Positions 1 to 13,902 of a stretch of DNA of 64,000 bases are shown here, piece after piece (the first letter of the stretch is position 1; every line of letters starts with the position of its first letter). The notes beneath the pieces are model-generated. The model ran no database searches. It had not been told where the DNA came from and saw only the letters and a program-made list of their open reading frames with translations. The translations under genes and the position numbers were made by a program. The stretch is taken from assembly GCA_040357565.1 (NCBI GenBank), contig JBDODJ010000018.1. The stretch is one strand, 5' to 3'. Source of the DNA: Cercozoa sp. M6MM. Its lineage: Eukaryota; Protista; Endomyxa: Ascetosporea.

Positions 1-41
<41 letters not shown>
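1..41. repeat. (GT)n microsatellite
   Basis: Direct reading. Confidence 0.95.
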
Positions 42-45
<4 letters not shown>

Positions 46-621
46 TTGTGAGCCTCAATGATATCTTTCAGGTGGTCTCGCACTTGAAACAGGAGCATGC
101 CTTTTTCGAGCTCTTCGCAACAAATTTGCCGAACAATCTCGTTGAAGAGGGAACCGAAAAGTCGCTGTCGTTCGCCGAACAAGTAGACAGACAACTCCGA
201 AGTTTGAGGCGGAAGTTGTGACAACAAGTTGTCGAATTCCTTTGCGAGCTCTCGCACCTCTCGGGTGTTACATGGTTGGGATGAGGCCTGTTTTGCATGC
301 TTGTTGTCTTGACAGTGAGCCTGAGTCATCAGAGAGCGATACCTGCTGTAGATGCGTATCTCCATTGGATTCAAAGATTCTGTTCATTTCAAAAACATGC
401 GGTGAGAGCGGGCTAAAAACGCTTCCAACAGTTGGAAGGCTTACCGTGGGGGAAACAGCTCTCCAACACGCGACGACAAACACTTTTGACTTAGGGCGTC
501 GGGATCGGTGCTGAACGAAGAAGACCGTAGCAAAGAGTACCACGCACGTCGACACAGTCGACAATATCTTACCTATCTGACACAATCTTTGGCTTCTCGT
601 ACTTGCTGCCCATTCACTCAA
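42..621 (-). CDS. Partial hypothetical protein running off the left edge, with a possible N-terminal hydrophobic segment
   Basis: Minus-strand ORF 268-621 contains VVLFATVFFV. It lies head-to-head with kinesin-2. No recognisable motif. Confidence 0.25.
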
Positions 622-894
622 CCCATGCTTTCATTTGTGGCACATTGAAACAAACCAACTGAAGCTACAAAAGCCATCTCGATGTTGAATCCATTAACGA
701 CGAACAACACTGTACGGTACAGCCTACTCCTTTCGCTCGACACGCGTCTAGGTCTGCTGGTACGGGCACATTTCAGACTCAGTTTGCTTTCATGTTTTAT
801 GTTCGTTCCGCGCGGAAAATAAAACTACCGACGATCCAAAAACACTTCAGCCGGCCTCGTCTAACCTACTGTTAATGCATTCACGCGTAACAAT

Positions 895-3281
895 ATGAAG
901 CTCATGTCTAAGAAACCGCAAGAGGTGAGCGAAACAATCAAGGTAGCAGTTCGTCTGCGCCCATTCAACTCAGTAGAGCTGGCAGGGGGTGCGGTGGCGG
1001 AATCAATCGTCAGTGCGCGAAGAGCTGGAGCTGATCGACCAGGCGAAATCCTTGTGAAAGCACCAAAAGACACTGACAAGACAACGAAGGCGCGGTCGGA
1101 ACGAAAGAGGCCAAAGGAGGCGCGTTTGTTCTCTTTTGACGATGTCTTTCCAAGCGATTCGACGCAGCTTGAGGTTTTCGACAAGTGCGTAGTTCCCATC
1201 GTCGACAGTGTTGTTCTCGGGTTTAATGGTACAGTTCTGGCATATGGCCAAACAGGCACAGGAAAGGTAACACCGTTTTCTTTCCAAGGTTTAAACCAAA
1301 CGAAAAACTGAAGTTGATTTCTTCCCAGACATTCACGATGGAAGGTGATCCCGATGACAATGTTCAACGTGGAGTGATTCCGCGCGCTTTTAAGCGTATC
1401 TTTGATCATATCAGTGACTGCGCTGGCGATACTGAGTATCTCGTCCGAGCCAGTTTCCTCGAGATATACAACGACGAAGCATACGACCTGCTGCATAGCA
1501 AGAAAGCACGGCGTCGTTTGGAATTGCACCAAGACAGCGACGGTGCGTTTTTTGTCCAAGACCTGACGGAAATCACGGCTCGCAGTCCCTCCGAATTGAT
1601 GGAAGTGCTGCGGCGAGGACAAAAATCACGCTCGGTTGGTGCGACAAAGATGAACCCCGGCAGCAGTCGAAGTCACTCGATCTTTCAAGTCCAGATCGAG
1701 TCATGTGTCACACATGAAGACACAAAAACTTACAAACGCGGCAAGTTAAATCTTGTTGACCTTGGTACTTTCTCTCCTTCTACCTTGCAGCCCCCTCCCC
1801 GCCCCCGTTAATGTTGATACTTTGCAGCTGGTTCTGAAAGGCAAAAGAAGACCGAATCGACAGGCGAGCGTTTTCTTGAAGCCAAAAATATTAATCTGTC
1901 CCTGGCGGCGCTAGGCAATTGCATCAAAGCACTCACGACAGCTTCTTCGCAGCACGTGCCCTTTCGTGACTCGAAACTCACGCGGCTGTTGAAAGATTCG
2001 CTGGGAGGCAACACAAGAACTGCAATGATCGCGACAATTGGACCCTGCTCATTCAACCACGACGAGACAGTGAACACACTGAGGTATGCGAATAGAGCCA
2101 AGACTATCAAGAACCGTCCGCACATCAATGAAGACCCGAAAGACGCAAAACTACGCATGATGAAGGAGGAACTTGACAACCTTCGCAAAACGCTAGCGCT
2201 GCAGGTGGGCGGCACTCTAGAGGTTCAGGAAGGCAGAACTATAGTAGGCGAAGAGGTCGAAGATGAACAAATGAAGCAGCAAATTAAATCCGAACGAGCG
2301 AAGCTCGCTGAAATGCAGCGAGAGCTGCAGAAGCGCCAGTCACAGCAAGTGGCTGAACACGACACCATGCGCAAGGAAGCGAAAGAGCTTGAGGCCCAAC
2401 TTCGGAAGCATGAAAGGACCATGGAGCAACGCGAAAGAGCGGTAGACAAGCTGCGAGCAGTCATTGCCGACAAAGAGTCGATGCTGCTCCACGGACACGC
2501 TGGGGATGACGAGAGCGGCATTGGACTCTCGGAGCTGAAACAGCAGATGCAAGAGCGCAAGGAAGCGCTGAACAGGATACGATCACAGACAGCAGCGTTG
2601 AAGGACCAAGGCGAGCTGATCGAAAGAGAAATTCAGCAGGTTGATGAAGAGCTCACTGAAATTTCACGGAGCTGTACATCACTTGAAGAAGAACTTACCA
2701 TGCTCAAGCAGCACACCTCTGAGTGCAGACAGCACTGCGCTCGTATCGACGAAGAGAAACAGGACATTCAGGCAGAGTTTGACACTGAGCGAGACGAATT
2801 GGTCGAGTCCATGCGCGCGCTCACTTCTCAGTTGCGCCTCAAAAACATGATGGTGAGACGATTGATCCCAGAGAAGTGGTTCAGCGTCATCGAATCGATG
2901 GCCGGTTGGGATCCACGAGACGAGTGCTGGAGACTACCCGCCGCTGATCTCGCGTGCAACGGCGAGGAGCCGTCAATTCCGGTCACATCGCAGCGCGAGC
3001 ACCGCATCCGAACCGCTGTCCGAGAGCGCATCGTCGAGCACCTCGCAGCAGAGAGCGCCCCTCACAACAGCGACGAATGGAACGAGGTCGAAGTCGACCG
3101 CGAGCAAGTGGAAGAACTGGAAGATGTTTTCTTCAGCGGCATATCGTTTGTAAACTGTTTGAGGCTTTTTCTTGATGCTGCCGGTATCTAGCGACTTTGT
3201 ACGATGTATCCTGCGTAGGACCGACCTCCGTACATGTCGTACGAAGACGTGGTCGGGGAGCGTGTTCACCGAGATATGTAG
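895..3281 (+). CDS. Kinesin-2 family motor (KIF3/FLA10-like), 4 exons
   Basis: P-loop GQTGTGK|TFTM across GT-AG intron 1267-1328; SSRSHSIF; LVDL|AGSE across intron 1765-1827; PFRDSKLT; kinesin-2-type neck [23 protein letters not shown]; long coiled coil. Predicted last exon DRPPYMSY... ends at TAG 3279-3281. Confidence 0.9.
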
Positions 3282-3637
3282 AGTGGGAGTCCGGGGAATA
3301 CCCTCGTAGTTTTTATTTTAACACAACTTAGATGTACCGATGTATGTCCTGTTGGTTTAACATAATGTTGTTACTAGTAAGCTCTTTTCGGCGGATTTAG
3401 CGCATGCAAGTACGCTGCTTGTACGATTTTTGTTTTCAACCTGGTCCCTCCCTCAATTGCGACATAGAATTGCTGCAAGTCCGAAAAATCGCAGGTAGGC
3501 TCGTGAAGTGCGCAAATCCACCGACTTTCAGCCAAGTACGTCCTGCGGACAGAACTTGAAACTCACTGATAGATATCCTGGCCAATAGAAGTTAGAATCG
3601 GAAAACAGAGGAAGGCTTGAAAGAGAAAGCGAAGAAA

Positions 3638-4991
3638 ATGGAAAAGGACCTTCTATACAAAGGTTTCGTTGAGTTCTTTGGAACCTTTAGCTTCCTCGTC
3701 TTAGGAATTGGAGGCGCAAACGTTGCTGTGGCGATTGGTAAGTCCGTGGTCTGCTGAATTCTATCTTCGTTGGTCAGCCAAGTCCTTTGCTCTGTTTCAA
3801 TATCATCAGGTGGATTATTCGGTGTTGCGACTGCGTTTGGACTTGGCCTTTTCATCGCGGTTCTGCTGTTCGGAGAACTATCAGGCGCACATTTAAACCC
3901 CGCAATCTCCACTGCGTTCGCACTGTTCCGCCGGAGAGACTTCCCGCCGGTGCAGTGGTTCGTCTACGTTGTCGCACAACTGGGTATCGATTTTCCTGCT
4001 AGTGTTGGCATGCGTGCGATATCGATATATTTAGTTGGAGGATTCTGTGCCGCGTTCATACTCTGGCTAACTTGGACGGTGCATGATGGGCGTACCCTCG
4101 ACTACGCGTGCGGCTTCACGAAGATCGCTGCAGGCTTCTTGGCTGAGACAGTTGTAAATACACTGGCAGTTTGAGCGAAAAAATTATAAAGGTTTGTCTT
4201 TTGGTAGGGCACAATGCTACTTACGTTGGTAGTGGCACGTACTTGCGCCGCGAAGGAGTAAATTGTGTGTAAATAATCGTTGATTTGCTACCCCATGAGT
4301 ACATACGTATGTAGTGGCTCGGTGGTTCGCGTTGCCGCAGGCGCAGGAGGTTTTAAACACTTAAATTTATGCCCACCTTTACCTTTAACTCCTGAACTCC
4401 CGACCCGTGTCTCTGCTTATTTATCTCTTTAAGCGTCACAGCCGTTCTTACTGGAATCATCTTGGTCTTTGGGGTCGTTTCTGGTGGATGCTTCAATCCT
4501 GCACGCGACTTTGGTCCTCGCTTCGGTATCCATGTCTGTGTGTAGAATTCACTTTACTTTTGTCTAATTATCGATGCACCGTGTATATTCTCCATATGAT
4601 TAGTACTGTTCAGTCTAGAGGTTTTATTCATTGCGCTTTTACTGCACAGTTAACTTAATGAACGGTGTGCCATTCGGCATCGCTCTCAAGCAGTGTGTAA
4701 ATTTAACTTACCTGGCTTGCCTTGTCATGTTTGCCGAGGAGATATACTAACTGCGCTGTTTGTGCCAGTGGCTCTACTTGATAGCTCCAACCCTGGGTGC
4801 AGTGATTGGTCTGGCCATTCACGACTATGCCTTTGTGTGCGAAGAAAGGTACTTTACCCCTCGTACACTATAATTAGACAGCTCTGATGTTAACCCTGAG
4901 CAGTATGCCACGTACCAGCAGTCGTCGTCGCTCGGTACAGATGTCCAAAGCGCAAGCAGGAACAGAAGACCAACAGGATGTGCTTCTCTGA
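3638..4991 (+). CDS. MIP-family channel, aquaglyceroporin (GlpF-like)
   Basis: Spliced product has EFFGTF, SGAHLNPAIS, a second box SGGCFNPARDFGPRF (NPARD is typical of glyceroporins) and WLYLIAPTLGAVIG. About 8 GT-AG introns. Confidence 0.9.
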
Positions 4992-5240
4992 CCGTCGAAG
5001 AAAATCGAACTGAAGAGTGACAGACTAAACCTGACAATTGAATTTGGCACTAGCGCTACGGGACAAAACCTCCTCGCCTCGATGGGAACAGCATCGAATA
5101 TTCGATTGCAAAAATCCGCATGCACGAGTCAGTGAACACAGGAACTGAAACGTCATAGTTCAGTTCAGTTCAGTTAGATATGATGATCGTTGTCTCCTCT
5201 GCTCTTGTCGAATGATTGTACAATGGAACGTCAAGTTTCG

Positions 5241-7722
5241 TTAGGTTGTGGCAGACTGATTCAACTGAATGGTGGAGTCCAACTTGTGCACGTACTCTTG
5301 AGTAACAGTGCCGTGTTCACCTATAAAAATGTAAGCCCAACTGTAAGATATGCATCTTCGAGATACGAGATCGGATACCAAAGATGTGGTTTGCCGGGTT
5401 TACGCTCTTGACTTGCCCGACACTAAAAGTTTTCGTGCGTGTTGAAAACGAATCCACCAAGCACAAACAGAAAAGAGTACATGTGGTCCCAGTGCACTCG
5501 AGCATGCGGGAAGTCGACGACTGTGTCGCCAAGTCCACTCTCCACTCGCTGACGCCCAATTGTCCACTGGCGCGATGTGAGCATGTCCTCTTCGATTAGT
5601 TTCTGTAGCCTATGCCGAAAATGCACATGAACTTAAATTGTGCACGGGCACGTACGTCACCCAACAACGCATGTGTCAACTGAAAGGCAAAGCGGTACAG
5701 CAACCCAGCAAGCATGGACTCGCGCTTACGTCCAACGTCGCAAGCGGCACGGAAAGCTTGAACAACGACTTCGTGTCCACTGTTCCCAAAGATAATTCGA
5801 ACTTAGCCAAAACACAAACAGGACTAAAATCTCAAAACAAACAAACAGGTGCGGACGGTCGTGGAGAATGCTGTTGAAGCCTTCAACCGCTGCACTCAGG
5901 TCAGTGCATTCAAAGAACTCTCGAGCCAGCTGTCGCAGCTCGTTGCGCATGTGACGCACCGTGCGACCGTCAGTGGCAACGACGCCCCAGCAGGCACTCA
6001 GTGCAGCTCTGTCCAGGTACACACTTTAAGACAACGGAGTGACAATCAAAATCAGTTCCAGTACCTAGAGTGTGGCAAGTCCTGTCCACATATTTATGTA
6101 TATTTGAATTGAAGTACAACACAACGCAACGGGTACCAAGAGCGTCTGAGCGTGCTTCAGAATCTTTAAGCCAAGATCGCCTTCCACAAAAAACTACCCC
6201 ACGAACAGTCGAAGTTGTCGCATTATTTAATATCTAGAATACAACAGGGGCACTTACGGCACGTGACGTGTCCAAGAACTTGGGAATCAGCGCTTCGTCG
6301 TCCACTGCGCGTGCGACAAACTTGCTCAGGTACTCGACCACCTTGGGCATGTCGAGAACAAGGTCTTCCGCGCGCTGCAGCAGGAGCAAGAAGCCTTTCT
6401 CAACTTGCTCCTGAGACAGTGGCGCGAACTCGCTTTCGCCTGTCTGCGAGGTGCAAGCCGCCAGCAGACGAGAGACATGCCTGGAAAATCACGAAATTGG
6501 TTCGAGGTTGAGTAGACAAGGATGCAAGCAGAAATATTACTCTCGTTGTGCCGGGTTGCCGTCCATCGAGACATTGACGAGTGTTTTGACGAACTCGAAA
6601 TGCCACAGCGGCTCATCAACCTCGAGCAACGCTCTGCGCGTTTCTTCGATATTGCCGGTTGCCAAGAACTCCGTCACAATATCACGGAACACTCGCTTCA
6701 AGCGACGCAGCTGCGCGGGCGTCGATGCAACTTCCAGTGAGTGGGTTGCCTCGCGCGACAACATGTGCGAATCGATGAGACGATGCGCAATGTGGTTCAA
6801 GTCTTCGAGCAGTTTAGCTTAATTAACAACACGAACTACATCGAAAAATGGAAAACAAAAGTACATTCGTCAGCATCGGGTGCGTCAAGCATGAGATCCG
6901 GCAACTCACGATAAAGCCCAATCACAGTGCTGGCCAGCTGTCGGCTTGTAAGAATTTCGATGTTGTCTACTCACAAAGAAGAATAAGTCGGGGTGTTCCA
7001 CGGTGAGATCATTTAACAATCACCCATATGAGCGAGTAATTCGGCCACTTCGTCGCACGCAGTTGTCTGCGTCGACGTGATACCTTCATCCTCCTCTTTG
7101 ATGCCGTATTCGATTCCCTGGGTATTAAATTCTCATATTACGATACAACGACAATGTAAAGGCAGTAACTCAGGTGGAATTGTACCACTTTGTGCTGCAG
7201 CACATCCAGCAATGCGGATTTGATCAGTTCGCGTGCAAAGTGATGGTGCAGATCAGGAGCATTCTTCGCGGTGAGGGCTTCAATACACGACTTACGATCG
7301 AAGGTGGCCTATTGAGACATACACACATTGGAGAAGTTTTATACAGTTGTTCGGCGGGAAGGACGGCTTACAAGGAAGGAATGCGACAGGTCACGCCTAC
7401 AGCAAAGCCATTTTTATCATCAAAACACACTTAAACTTATAGTGCGAGATAAAATAGAATACGCCTCAAGCTTGAATCGGCGAACTTCTTCCGCACTGCG
7501 GTGCAAGTTGCGGTTGAACTTCTCCTCGTCCGCGTCGATAAGCTCGTAAAAGCTCTCGGCGGAACTCACGCGCGAGATTGAGCGTGCGTAGTCTTCGGCA
7601 GGGTCACCGAGAAAGGCAGAAAACTTCTTGCCGCTCTTTGCCTTCTTGCTTGGCATGACGTTCTTCTTGCCAGAGTTCTTTTCGCTTGAATGGGGAGCGG
7701 GTGAGCGATGCGTTCGAGTCAT
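5241..7722 (-). CDS. MA3-domain protein, PDCD4-like translation regulator
   Basis: Repeated MA3 signatures: NAPDLHHHFARELIKSAL, LPDLMLDAPDA, IVTEFLATGNIEETRRALLEVDEPLWHFEFVKTLV, AEDLVLDMPKVVEYLSKFVARAVDDE, plus a third repeat (REFFECTDLSAAV...GHEVV). Start at 7722 or 7656. Confidence 0.8.
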
Positions 7723-8014
7723 ACCCTGAAAGATGAGAGATAATGTGCCAAGGATCTTTGCAACCACAAAAATTGAGCCAGGGGAGAGAAGGTCGCCCCT
7801 GCTCAAGAGAACAAACCCCTGCACCAGATCTAAGATTCAGTGCGTAAGCACAAAGAAAAACTCGCAGCGGAAGATTCACTTTTTCTCACCGTGCTGGTCA
7901 CTTTGGTCGTTTTTGCCGGGTCAAACGGTCAAAATTGCAAACCACGGTTTAGTAGGGCGTTTAACTGCAGCGACGTACAGAATACAGACCAATCTGACCC
8001 GAGGAGGATCCAAA

Positions 8015-11000
8015 ATGCGCAAATGTGGCCCTAATTATCAAGGTCTGGACGAAAGAGTGATTGGGCTCAGTTTTCTGTTTCAACAGTTTTGCGGCTCTGT
8101 TTGTCGCTTAGGACTGACTTTGGCTATTGCGCCGAACGACGACTGCTGCGGTGTGTGCACACACACACACCACAATTGCTTGATATGCTGCGCGACGGTA
8201 GTGCTCCTGTTGATTGTTCTCCGGTTAAAATGTAAATTATCACGACAACATTTCTTTTTGGTGCGTGCCTGCAGACACAGTATGGCTGTCGCACATTGAA
8301 CAAAACCGTCGCGTGTGGAAGCGATAGTACGTTGTTTCTAACGTTGCTGTGCGGATTCAACAAAGCTGCAATTGTATCTGCGTGCATACAGTCATGCTCT
8401 GATCGACCAGTCTAGGCAAGAGTTGGTTCTCCGGTACGCGTGTTTCATGAAACAGCTCTGTGTGTGGTAATGGCACTACTGAAGTACTGTTTGTAGAACC
8501 ACGAACAAGGAGGAGGAGCAGTGCTTATCGTTGCGGCAGGTTCGCCGGGTGCTCGAGTCAGGCGATTTTGCCAACGCCCTTGATATCTACATTGCCAGGG
8601 ACTCGTTGCACGAGGGTAGCCCTGTGTTTTTATGCTGTCATGCTGGTTGAGAGTTAACTTTTGGGCGCACAGACGATGTGAGTGCAGAACAGTGTACCGT
8701 GCAGACGTTGCTACTGCCTTCACGGCGTGGGCAGTGTCACTGGCTGCAACGATTCGCGCTGCAGGCGCTGCGGCAGTTTGCTGCGCTGGCAAATACGCAT
8801 GCTGTGCCATCTCCTGTAAACTCAATCCTCATTTAGGTCATGACCTCTGTTTCACGTATGTTTGCATACAGGCGACGAGTGAATCGGTATCAACGTCGGC
8901 AACGTCTGCAGTGTCGGTCCCAACCCTCGCCATCAGTACAGACAGCGTCAGTACAGACAGGAAAACATTGTCTCGCCATCGATCTCGATCGTACCCGTTC
9001 TAGTGTGTCTGTGTGTCTGTGTGTCTGTGTGTCTGTGTGTCTGTGTGTCTGTGTGTCTGTATATGTGTCGTAATATCTGCGCACGTATACAGCCGATGGT
9101 TTAAGTCGTGGCGCACACCACCCAGCAGCGGCAGCAGCAAACCCGCAGACAACAGTGCCGATTCGGATGTGGGTTACGCGTGCTTGCTCCGCGGCGAGAT
9201 TAAGCAGCTGTTGGAGGCGTCCATTCGCGCAATAGACAACCTGCACGTGGTACTGTTCTGAGCATTTTGCTGGTGTAAAAGCCACCATACAAATGCCACA
9301 TACACTCAGATCAAGGAACAAAGTATCAAGGAGCTGTGTTCGCAAGCTACGCAAGTTGCCCTTTTCCGTACTAGTCCTGCTTGCAGATTTCGCACCAACA
9401 GCGGTCTCGTTGAAATGTCGGTGCAGTGTCAGAGACCTACCCTCAAGTCGCGAGCGAACACGATGAGCAACGCGTTATTGCTGCCTTTTATCTCGCACTG
9501 CGTGGTATCCAACCTTCTGAATTTATTCGTGTCGTATCGCGCTACCTTCTTTTGGCAGAAGAAGCACCGTTGCCACGTGAACTGCAAACTGACCCTGAAG
9601 GCATCCGACTGTAGCTCCCCTCCTCTGTGTGTATGGCACACTGCTCACATCTCACACGAACAGACTAGCCAGACAGGATTTATCGGGCGCTGAGCAAGTG
9701 CTGCGTGCCATTCTGCGCATCAACGCCGCTTTGCTATCCGGAGGTAGTCTGGTAGACAGGCGTGTGGGGTTAAAAGCGAGGATCGACACACCTGAGCAGG
9801 AGCGGGCGAAGACGCGCGCCGACACTTGTTGCAAACACGACGTCTGCTGCTGCGCAAGTATGGCTTTCTCTGCTTGTAGTCTCATCCGCGTGGATGCAAG
9901 CATATTCAGAAAGCAGCACTGTCTGTCCTTGCTGCGCGAGAAGAAACAAGACATGCAACGAGCGACATTGCTGGTAGTTTGTTTTCCAATACTTTTCGAT
10001 TCATCCCGTGACTCGGCCGCAGTTGTCGGAACTGAGTGCGCTGTGTCACGACTTGCATACGTTCGTGCGACTGCAACGAGCACGTAGCGACAAGTTGCGC
10101 CAATTGGAAGCGAGTGTACAAGGAGATGGAGGGTACTTCATACGTCCTGAGCTCTACTGCATCCACCATGCCTATTCCACCGTTTGTAGTGTGTCAGCAA
10201 CACGCGAGCAGGCGTCGATAGCACTGGAACAAGCGCGCGTGCGTCGACAGCAACTCGCGGCGTTGGATACGGACTTATTGTCGTTCTTCCCGCCGGCGGT
10301 GCCGTCACAGGACATGGATCAGTCTCAGAGTGACTACGGTCGATCAGAGAGTGACCACAGTGATCATATGAGTGATCATAGTGACCATTCTGAGCACGAA
10401 TTGGATCCACTCACACGGGATGCCGACGCGTGTTTCCGGCTCTTGCATAGTGTGTGCTCTCCAGACTACGACTTGTCTCCGCTGCCCCCGTATGCATCAT
10501 TTTCACACATTGTGTGTATGCGTGTGTATATACCTTGTGGTAGACCTCTGGAGGTAGAACTCGGTGTGCGTGATGCGATGTGTGCCTTGGTTGAAGCGCG
10601 TGCCGCTGCCTTCTACAAGGTATCCTACTGTTCAGTCTCTCTCCTCCCAGATCGTACTTTTGTCTCTGTAGCACACGACGTCTTCGATTGCTGCACGAAG
10701 ATTAGCGACCGAGGCGAATGCGTTGTTGTACTTTCTCCCCAGATACTCTATCAGTTGCCTGCCTCACCCTGTCTGCCTGTAGGGAACGTGTGGATCGGCA
10801 GCGGCAAAAGTGCGCTCTGTTGCAACGTTCCGACCTTCGAAAGCGGTGTCGACACCATGCTGAATCTCACGTAGCATCTGTCCCTTTCTTTTTATTTCTG
10901 TACATCCTATGTACACCTGTTGTACTGTAGTGTTCTCTAATGCGAATACTGGCACTGTTGACTCAAGATGAACTTGCTTCGGCCTTGTCCATGTACGTTC

Positions 11001-11034
11001 GTCACTGTAGCTAAGACCGACTGGTCAAATTGAC

Positions 11035-11077
<43 letters not shown>

Positions 11078-11412
11078 CCCTTGTCAGAAGCGGTTCCACT
11101 GTTTCTCACTGCTGCTGACACTGCACGGCGCCGTGCCGAGTCGATCGCCATGCGTGGCAAGATTGATGTGCGTGCACTTTTTGTAAGACTATCCCTCCCC
11201 CGCCCCGCCCCTGTTTCGATTGTATGCAATCAAGTGTACGTATCAACAGGTCAGTGTCAAATCGCAGATCGCGGCTGCCAAGGAGCGTCAAGCCTCGCGA
11301 CTGCTGCAGCACTGCCAAATCGTTGGCGACACCGTCGTTGTGCAACCTCCCGGTGAAGACGGGTTCCCGTTCGACTTGCTTGACTAGCCGTAGACGGCTC
11401 AGTATCGTCTAG
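8015..11412 (+). CDS. Multi-exon hypothetical protein
   Basis: Chain of plus-strand exons flanked by GT/AG, including ORFs 9629-10087 and 10008-10874. No confident family assignment and the boundaries are uncertain. Confidence 0.45.
9003..9060. repeat. (GTGTGTCT)n octamer microsatellite, intronic
   Basis: About 7 tandem units. Confidence 0.9.
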
Positions 11413-11892
11413 GTACTCTGACGTAAGTGACTACTCCCCTAGAACCCAGTCTGTATGACACGACAAGATGACTCGCTCTAACAGCATGTATTGATTTCTC
11501 CTATGGGAAGCATACCAGCGAGGTCTAGGTTAGATTGAAACCGGCCCGCACCGCACGAATCGTACACGTATGTTTCGGTACCAGCACCCAAGCTACTGCG
11601 CTCGTCCAGTTTTTCCCGACTTTCGTTTAGCGCAGTTGTGGGCAGGGCAATGAACCAACGGCGAACTGAGCTGATCGGATGCTGCGACAGTCAGTAGTGA
11701 ACGATTGGACAGCGAACCTGTCAGCCCACTACTTTATCGATAACAGAACCCCCGGAAATTCAGTGTTAAAATATTGTTTTTGTCCGGGCTGGCAGCTAAG
11801 ATGAACAAAGTTGTCCCAGTTGACTTTGCAGGCCGTCAGCGACTGTATTTGCAAATCCTCTTGACCTTATCCACCTGTGGTATTCTTGTAGG

Positions 11893-13612
11893 ATGGGGTC
11901 TACTTCAATCAAGTGCGGCGTCGCCTTTGCCCTCGTGGCGCAGCTTCTGACTTCAGCAACACGCGCACAGACGACCTTGTGTTGCTTTGCGGAGACATGC
12001 GTTGAACCTGGCCAAAACTACACTTCCGCTCTCGCTGGAATTCCGTACCTATTTTCACACACGTGCTCTTGCACGCAAGAAGGATGGGCTGACTGCGTTC
12101 ACGACGAAACTCAAGGTGAATAATTATTTGTTATCCCCCCCCCCCCCCCCCCGTCATTGTGCTTCTTGTCTGCGCTGCAGAAGCGACCGAGGTGTGGCCT
12201 CCGCTCTGCTGTGCTCTTGCAGAGACGTGGTGCGTTTCGGTAAATCTTTAAATTTAGTTTGTCAGCCGAATCAGTCGGGATTCGTACACGAAAGAACCCC
12301 AACGTGAGTGTTGTTTAGCCAAACGACAGCTGGAGCGGGCCGGCTGCAGATTCAGAATTCGGCTTTATCTTTTGCCAGTATGTCTGCATTTAATCTCTAA
12401 CTGAAGTTTTTGTATTTCCGGACTGCGTCGCAATCCGTACGTAGGTGCGACGAGTCCGGTTCTTGGCACATGTGTTCCGGTTCGAATGGCGACGAAGATG
12501 TTCCTGTACTCCTCAAGTTGTTGTTCAGAGTTCCTCAACCAGTACGGATGCTTGTTTATGGAACTGCAGCCCTCGTGGCAAGCGGGAAACCAACCGTACA
12601 TTTCCCTGAGCCATGTTTTCGTATCGGAGACCCTAGAAGGTGATAATTGAGCAGTTCGTGGAACGTGACGACAGTGGAGACTCCCACACAACAGTGCTGC
12701 ACAGATCCGAGCGAATGCGTCGATATCGTGCCTTATCCGTCTTTTGCATGATGTGATTCATTGATAGAATCGATGATGTTGCCGGCTGCAGGGAGAAAAG
12801 TTACCCGTATCCGACGGAATCGTTTGTGAATGCGGGCCCGACGCTGCTTGGGTCAACTGCGTCGACACTTCCTGCTGCAACGGCGACGGCGACTGTGTAC
12901 CCTCGGGTGAGCGAATGAACGACGGCGAGCGCACTTGTCTCTGCGACGAAGGCTCTTGGACAGACTGCCAGACTGTGAACCCCAAGTGGTTCGTTCCCTG
13001 CTTTGTAGTCAGTCCTTTCGTTTACACAATACACTTAGCTGTCTGGACGAGGGCCACTGTGCCGAGAACGGAGAGTGGCTTGTCCAAGGTGCTGTCGAGT
13101 GTCAATGTGAAGCAGGCACTTTCACTACGTGTCGTCCCGTGCAAAACCAAGAGTGCTGCATTGATGGCAACTGCGTAAATTCACATCTTTGTTGCAAAAT
13201 TATAGAGTCTGAACAAGCGCTATAGGAGTGACTGCAGGTTCAAGCGGGCGGTTGGCTCACCGTCGGAGAGTTGCGCTGCATGTGCGAACAAAACGGCACT
13301 TTGAGCCAGTGTCAGCTTGCCACGAAGGAAGCTTGCTGCTGGTCGGACGACAACTGTGCAGAACATGGCGAAATTGGGACCAACGGCGTGCTTGAGTGCA
13401 CCTGCAACGTGAGATTTGGCCCTTCTTGCATGTATATTGTAGATTTTACCACCCTTCTGGACTCGTAGGATGGAACATGGGAAACTTGCAGCGTCGTTCC
13501 GCAAGGTGACGCGTGTTGTTTCAACAATGAGTGCGTGGCGCATCAAGAAAAGCTACAGATAGGCAACATCGTTTGCGACTGTAACGACGGCGTCCTTGAA
13601 AACTGCCACTAA
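11893..13612 (+). CDS. Secreted protein with 8 tandem six-cysteine modules
   Basis: Signal peptide MGSTSIKCGVAFALVAQLLTSATRA. Repeats CC-x4-6-C-xn-CxC-x2-4-(G)x(W)xxC, for example CCNGDGDCVPSGERMNDGERTCLCDEGSWTDC. Stop TAA at 13610-13612. Confidence 0.8.
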
Positions 13613-13902
13613 ATTTTAAGAAGTTCAGTTTGATTGTACTAACCAACGTTAAACCATACAGTACAAACCATATACAGCTTATTGAAAATGTCACGGTGTC
13701 ATTGCAAGATCTCCATCATTAAACAACTATTTTACTTGGCACTAAACTAGTGAAATCAGTTCCATTCGATATCAATGGTGTGCCATCGTCACTTCAAAGC
13801 CGAGGTTCGTAAAGTAGTCAGTGATTAGTGCGTCAAAGCCACATTAGTTCATGGTGTTTCGGGTCTCCTTTGATGCTGTCAAAGCTAGAGCAGAGTGCTT
13901 CT

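Noticed and set aside
861-1622. 253-aa ORF antisense to kinesin-2
   Set aside because: No motifs; a shadow frame of a conserved gene.
4705-4760. ACTTACCTGG resembling the U1 snRNA 5' end
   Set aside because: No U1 loop I (GATCACGAAG), loop II (ATTGCAC) or Sm site follows, and it lies in an aquaporin intron.
9400-9420. Apparent in-frame TGA (possible selenocysteine or code reassignment)
   Set aside because: It is avoided by a downstream AG acceptor. TAA, TAG and TGA all terminate other genes here, and the long exons show no internal stops.
10780-11100. LPVGNVWIG plus a helix-hairpin-like tail suggesting an ERCC4/XPF-type domain
   Set aside because: No GDY/ERK catalytic signature; the similarity is too short to support.
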